DNA of 64,000 nt from the NCBI GenBank assembly GCA_964276515.1, contig OZ193909.1, forward strand, positions 10,044,001 through 10,108,000, written 5' to 3'. Below are positions 58,110 to 64,000 of this stretch, in pieces. The translations under genes were made by a program, and so were the position numbers. Source of the DNA: Gordius albopunctatus (lineage: Eukaryota). Under the pieces are notes generated by a model that was not told where the DNA came from, made no database searches, and worked only from the letters and a program-made list of their open reading frames with translations. Position 1 is the first letter of the stretch; every line of letters starts with the position of its first letter.

Positions 58110-61100
58110 AGACTGCTGAATTTTTGAAACATGCTATATGCGATGATTATTTCAAAGTAATAGTTATCTAATTGTGATAAATTTTTACTTCTTATCATGG
58201 AATACACGTCTGAAAATAACAACTTTCATCGGATGAATATGGTTTAATGGAAATAATTTTAAATATTTTGAGCTGAAAAATATATTTTTTGTTATTTTGT
58301 GTAAAAGAGCTTGAAAAAATATATAAAAGTATGCTAATTTGAGATTCATATTAATCTCGATCGACTCCTTATAATATGTTTTAAGCTGCGAGAACTATCA
58401 TTTTGAGGAAAGACAACGCTTTATTGTTGCGATTATCATCGCGACGAGAGTGCTGAATTTTTGAAACATGCTATATGCGATGATTATTTCAAAGTAATAG
58501 TTATCTAATTGTGATAAATTTTTACTTCTTATCATGAAAATCACGTCTGAAAATAACAACTTTCATCGGATGAATATGGTTTAATGGAAATAATTTTAAA
58601 TATTTTTAGCTAAAAAAATATTTTTTTTGTTATTTTATGTAAAAGAGCTTGAAAAAATATATAAAAGTAAGCTAATTTGAGATTCCTATTAATCTCGATC
58701 GACTCCTTATAATAAGTTTTAAGCTGCGAGAACTATCATTTTGAGGAAAGACAACGTTATATTGTTGCGATTATCATCGCGACGAGAGTGCTGAATTTTT
58801 GAAACATGCTATATGCGATGATTATTTCAAAGTAATAGTTATCTAATTGTGATAAATTTTTACTTCTTATCATGAAAATCACGTCTGAAAATAACAACTT
58901 TCATCGGATGAATATGGTTTAATGGAAATAATTTTAAATATTTTGAGCTGAAAAATATTATTTTTGTTATTTTGTGTAAAAGAGCTTGAAAAAATATATA
59001 AAAGTATGCTAATTTGAGATTCCTATTAATCTCGATCGACTCCTTATAAGAAGTTTTAAGCTGCGAGAACTATCATTTTGAGGAAAGACAACGTTATATT
59101 GTTGCGATTAGTTTGTTTCATCGCGACGAGAGTGCTGAATTTTTGAAACATGCTATATGCGATGATTATTTCAAAGTAATAGTTATCTAATTGTGATAAA
59201 TTTTAACTTCTTATCATGAAAATCACGTCTGAAAATAACAACTTTCATCGGATGAATATGGTTTAATGGAAATAATTTTAAATATTTTGAGCTGAAAAAT
59301 ATATTTTTAGTTATTTTGTGTAAAAGAGCTTGAAAAAATATATAAAAGTATGCTAATTTGAGATTCCTATTAATCTCGATCGACTCCTTATAAGAAGTTT
59401 TAATCTGCGAAAACTATCATTTTGAGGAAAGACAACGTTATATTGTTGCGATTAGTTTGTTTCATCGCGACGAGAGTGCTGAATTTTTGAAACATGCTAT
59501 ATGTGATGATTATTTCAAAGTAATAGTTATCTAATTGTGATAAATTTTTACTTCTTATCATGAAAATCACGTCTGAAAATAACAACTTTCATCGGATGAA
59601 TATGGTTTAATGGAAACAATTTTAAATATTTTTAGGTAAAAAAATATTTTTTTGTTTATTTATGTAAAAGAGCTTGAAAAAATATATAAAATGAAGCTAA
59701 TTTGAGATTCCTATTAATCTCGATCGACTCCTTATAAGAAGTTTAAAGCTGCGAGAACTATCATTTTGAGGAAAGACAACGTTATATTGTTGCGATTATC
59801 ATCGCGACGATAGTGCTGAATTTTTGAAACATGCTATATGCGATGATTATTTCAAAGTAATAGTTATCTAATTGTGATAAATTTTTACTTCTTATCATGA
59901 AAATCACGTCTGAAAATAACAACTTTCATCGGATGAATATGGTTTAATGGAAACAATTTTAAATATTTTGAGCTGAAAAATATTATTTTTGTTATTTTGT
60001 GTAAAAGAGCTTGAAAAAATATACAAAAGTATGCTAATTTGAGATTCCTATTAATCTCGATCGACTCCTTATAAGAAGTTTTAAGCTGCGAGAACTATCA
60101 TTTTGAGGAAAGACAACGTTATATTGTTGCGATTAGTTTGTTTCATCGCGACGAGAGTGCTGAATTTTTGAAACATGCTATATGCGATGATTATTTCAAA
60201 GTAATAGTTATCTAATTGTGATAAATTTTTACTTCTTATCATGGAATACACGTCTGAAAATAACAACTTTCATCGGATGAATATGGTTTATTGCAAATAA
60301 TTTTAAATATTTTGAGCTAAAAAACGTTATTTTTTGTTATTTTATGTAAAAGAGCTTGAAAAAATATGTAAAAGTAAGCTAATTTGAGATTCATATTAAT
60401 CTCGATCGACTCCTTATAAGAAGTTTTAATCTGCGAAAACTATCATTTTGAGGAAAGACAACGTTATATTGTTGCGATTAGTTTGTTTCATCGCGACGAG
60501 AGTGCTGAATTTTTGAAACATGCTATGTGATGATTATTTCAAAGTAATAGTTATCTAATTGTGATAAATTTTTACTTCTTATCATGAAAATCACGTCTGA
60601 AAATAACAACTTTCATCGGATGAATATGGTTTAATGGAAACAATTTTAAATATTTTTAGCTAAAAAAATATTTTTTTGTTATTTTATGTAAAAGAGCTTG
60701 AAAAAATATATAAAAGTAAGCTAATTTGAGATTCCTATTAATCTCGATCGACTCCTTATAAGAAGTTTAAAGCTGCGAGAACTATCATTTTGAGGAAAGA
60801 CAACGTTATATTGTTGCGATTAGTTTGTTTCATCGCGACGAGAGTGCTGAATTTTTGAAGCATGCTATATGCGATGATTATTTCAAAGTAATAGTTATCT
60901 AATTGTGATAAATTTTTACTTCTTATCATGGAATACACGTCTGAAAATAACAACTTTCATCGGATGAATATGGTTTATTGCAAATAATTTTAAATATTTT
61001 GAGCTAAAAAACGATATTTTTTGTTATTTTATGTAAAAGAGCTTGAAAAAATATGTAAAAGTAAGCTAATTTGAGATTCATATTAATCTCGATCGACTCC

Positions 61101-64000
61101 TTATAAGAAGTTTTAATCTGCGAAAACTATCATTTTGAGGAAAGACAACGTTATATTGTTGCGATTAGTTTGTTTCATCGCGACGAGAGTGCTGAATTTT
61201 TGAAACATGCTATATGTGATGATTATTTCAAAGTAATAGTTATCTAATTGTGATAAATTTTTACTTCTTATCATGAAAATCACGTCTGAAAATAACAACT
61301 TTCATCGGATGAATATGGTTTAATGGAAACAATTTTAAATATTTTGAGCTGAAAAATATATTTTTTGTTATTTTGTGTAAAAGAGCTTGAAAAAATATAT
61401 AAAAGTATGCTAATTTGTGATTCATATTAATCTCGATCGACTCCTTATAATAAGTTTTAAGCTGCGAGAACTATCATTTTGAGGAAAGACAACGCTTTAT
61501 TGTTGCGATTATCATCGCGACGAGAGTGCTGAATTTTTGAAACATGCTATATGCGATGATTATTTCAAAGTAATAGTTATCTAATTGTGATAAATTTTTA
61601 CTTCCTATCATGAAAATCACGTCTGAAAATAACAACTTTCATCGGATGAATATGGTTTAATGGAAATAATTTTAAATATTTTTAGCTAAAAAAATATTTT
61701 TTTGTTATTTTATGTAAAAGAGCTTGAAAAAATATATAAAAGTAAGCTAATTTGAGATTCCTATTAATCTCGATCGACTCCTTATAATAAGTTTTAAGCT
61801 GCGAGAACTATCATTTTGAGGAAAGAAAACGTTATATTGTTGCGATTATCATCGCGACGAGAGTGCTGAATTTTTGAAACATGCTATATGCGATGATTAT
61901 TTCAAAGTAATAGTTATCTAATTGTGATAAATTTTTACTTCTTATCATGAAAATCACGTCTGAAAATAACAACTTTCATCGGATGAATATGGTTTAATGG
62001 AAATAATTTTAAATATTTTGAGCTGAAAAATATTATTTTTGTTATTTTGTGTAAAAGAGCTTGAAAAAATATATAAAAGTATGCTAATTTGAGATTCCTA
62101 TTAATCTCGATCGACTCCTTATAAGAAGTTTTAAGCTGCGAGAACTATCATTTTGAGGAAAGACAACGTTATATTGTTGCGATTAGTTTGTTTCATCGCG
62201 ACGAGAGTGCTGAATTTTTGAAACATGCTATATGCGATGATTATTTCAAAGTAATAGTTATCTAATTGTGATAAATTTTAACTTCTTATCATGAAAATCA
62301 CGTCTGAAAATAACAACTTTCATCGGATGAATATGGTTTAATGGAAATAATTTTAAATATTTTGAGCTGAAAAATATATTTTTAGTTATTTTGTGTAAAA
62401 GAGCTTGAAAAAATATATAAAAGTATGCTAATTTGAGATTCCTATTAATCTCGATCGACTCCTTATAAGAAGTTTTAATCTGCGAAAACTATCATTTTGA
62501 GGAAAGACAACGTTATATTGTTGCGATTAGTTTGTTTCATCGCGACGAGAGTGCTGAATTTTTGAAACATGCTATATGTGATGATTATTTCAAAGTAATA
62601 GTTATCTAATTGTGATAAATTTTTACTTCTTATCATGAAAATCACGTCTGAAAATAACAACTTTCATCGGATGAATATGGTTTAATGGAAACAATTTTAA
62701 ATATTTTTAGGTAAAAAAATATTTTTTTGTTTATTTATGTAAAAGAGCTTGAAAAAATATATAAAATGAAGCTAATTTGAGATTCCTATTAATCTCGATC
62801 GACTCCTTATAAGAAGTTTAAAGCTGCGAGAACTATCATTTTGAGGAAAGACAACGTTATATTGTTGCGATTATCATCGCGACGATAGTGCTGAATTTTT
62901 GAAACATGCTATATGCGATGATTATTTCAAAGTAATAGTTATCTAATTGTGATAAATTTTTACTTCTTATCATGAAAATCACGTCTGAAAATAACAACTT
63001 TCATCGGATGAATATGGTTTAATGGAAACAATTTTAAATATTTTGAGCTGAAAAATATTATTTTTGTTATTTTGTGTAAAAGAGCTTGAAAAAATATACA
63101 AAAGTATGCTAATTTGAGATTCCTATTAATCTCGATCGACTCCTTATAAGAAGTTTTAAGCTGCGAGAACTATCATTTTGAGGAAAGACAACGTTATATT
63201 GTTGCGATTAGTTTGTTTCATCGCGACGAGAGTGCTGAATTTTTGAAACATGCTATATGCGATGATTATTTCAAAGTAATAGTTATCTAATTGTGATAAA
63301 TTTTTACTTCTTATCATGGAATACACGTCTGAAAATAACAACTTTCATCGGATGAATATGGTTTATTGCAAATAATTTTAAATATTTTGAGCTAAAAAAC
63401 GATATTTTTTGTTATTTTATGTAAAAGAGCTTGAAAAAATATGTAAAAGTAAGCTAATTTGAGATTCATATTAATCTCGATCGACTCCTTATAAGAAGTT
63501 TTAATCTGCGAAAACTATCATTTTGAGGAAAGACAACGTTATATTGTTGCGATTAGTTTGTTTCATCGCGACGAGAGTGCTGAATTTTTGAAACATGCTA
63601 TATGTGATGATTATTTCAAAGTAATAGTTATCTAATTGTGATAAATTTTTACTTCTTATCATGAAAATCACGTCTGAAAATAACAACTTTCATCGGATGA
63701 ATATGGTTTAATGGAAACAATTTTAAATATTTTTAGCTAAAAAAATATTTTTTTGTTATTTTATGTAAAAGAGCTTGAAAAAATATATAAAAGTAAGCTA
63801 ATTTGAGATTCCTATTAATCTCGATCGACTCCTTATAAGAAGTTTAAAGCTGCGAGAACTATCATTTTGAGGAAAGACAACGTTATATTGTTGCGATTAG
63901 TTTGTTTCATCGCGACGAGAGTGCTGAATTTTTGAAGCATGCTATATGCGATGATTATTTCAAAGTAATAGTTATCTAATTGTGATAAATTTTTACTTCT
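58110..64000. repeat. Copy of ~45130-51018 at offset 12982 bp (38 monomers), almost two 9-mer units
   Basis: ORFs 46418 to 50519 recur at +12982 (59400 to 63501). Shared rare markers are AAACGTTATT (~47341 and ~60323), a 2-bp deletion CTATGTGATG (~47541 and ~60523) and TTCCTATCATG (~48620 and ~61602). Confidence 0.9.

Larger units (their letters stand above)
1..64000. repeat. Tandem satellite DNA array, ~344-bp monomer (337-345 bp), ~187 copies, single orientation, running off both ends of the window
   Basis: The same unit (...GAGATTCCTATTAATCTCGATCGACTCCTTATAAGAAG...TTTCATCGGATGAATATGG...) recurs throughout with only scattered SNPs and small indels. Adjacent ORF-track copies are 343-345 bp apart (e.g. 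6681, 7025, 7369, 7712) and all are on the minus strand. I saw no unique sequence. Confidence 0.99.

Noticed and set aside
1205..63686. About 100 near-identical 61-65 aa minus-strand ORFs (MLFSDV...) as a tandem gene family or a diversifying peptide system
   Set aside because: The start is TTG and the product resembles no family I recognise. The frame is destroyed in many monomers by the 7-bp deletion, a TAA-creating SNP (TTTTAACTT) or 1-2 bp deletions. Most variants change amino acids. It behaves as a chance ORF copied with the satellite; ribosome profiling or proteomics would be needed to revive it.
1..64000. CRISPR array or other repeat-spacer cassette array (e.g. integron-like)
   Set aside because: There are no unique spacers or cassettes. 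The entire 344-bp unit is repeated, and no cas or integrase gene is present.
1..64000. CENP-B box or telomeric repeat
   Set aside because: I saw no TTCG....A..CGGG motif. TTAGG occurs only as an isolated SNP variant and never in tandem.
1..64000. Tandem MITE, Helitron or SINE origin, rDNA spacer or 5S array, or an embedded transposon or inversion
   Set aside because: I saw no terminal inverted repeats, target-site duplications, Helitron CTRR end after the hairpin, Pol III A/B boxes or rRNA-like sequence. Orientation and phase are continuous across the window.
1..64000. Assignment to a named satellite family or species (size and AT content recall 340-360 bp insect satellites)
   Set aside because: I do not recognise the sequence itself, and size and composition are not diagnostic. 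It needs BLASTN of the consensus against nt, Dfam or Repbase.

Overview
The whole 64 kb window is one uninterrupted, head-to-tail array of an AT-rich satellite DNA. It holds about 187 monomers, all in the same orientation. A hand count of one monomer gives about 27% GC. Monomers are 344-345 bp, or 337-338 bp when a 7-bp segment (GTTTGTT) is missing. I found no genes, RNA genes, transposons or CRISPR arrays. The roughly 100 short minus-strand ORFs are one chance TTG-started reading frame repeated with the monomer. The pattern is typical of eukaryotic (peri)centromeric or heterochromatic satellite, but I cannot name the species or family from sequence alone. The structure of interest is at two scales. 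(1) Inside the monomer there is a 12-bp inverted repeat whose loop holds the only common multi-base indel, a cluster of dyad symmetries, a run of A/T tracts spaced about 10 bp apart, a CpG excess and faint signs of an ancient ~167+177 bp dimer. (2) Across the array, monomer variants record nested duplications with shifting periods (about 1, 2, 4, 6, 9, 14, 16, 19, 25, 38 and 46 monomers), with a 9-mer of ~3.08 kb becoming dominant in the right third. I see no support for a novel protein-coding or RNA-based system here.
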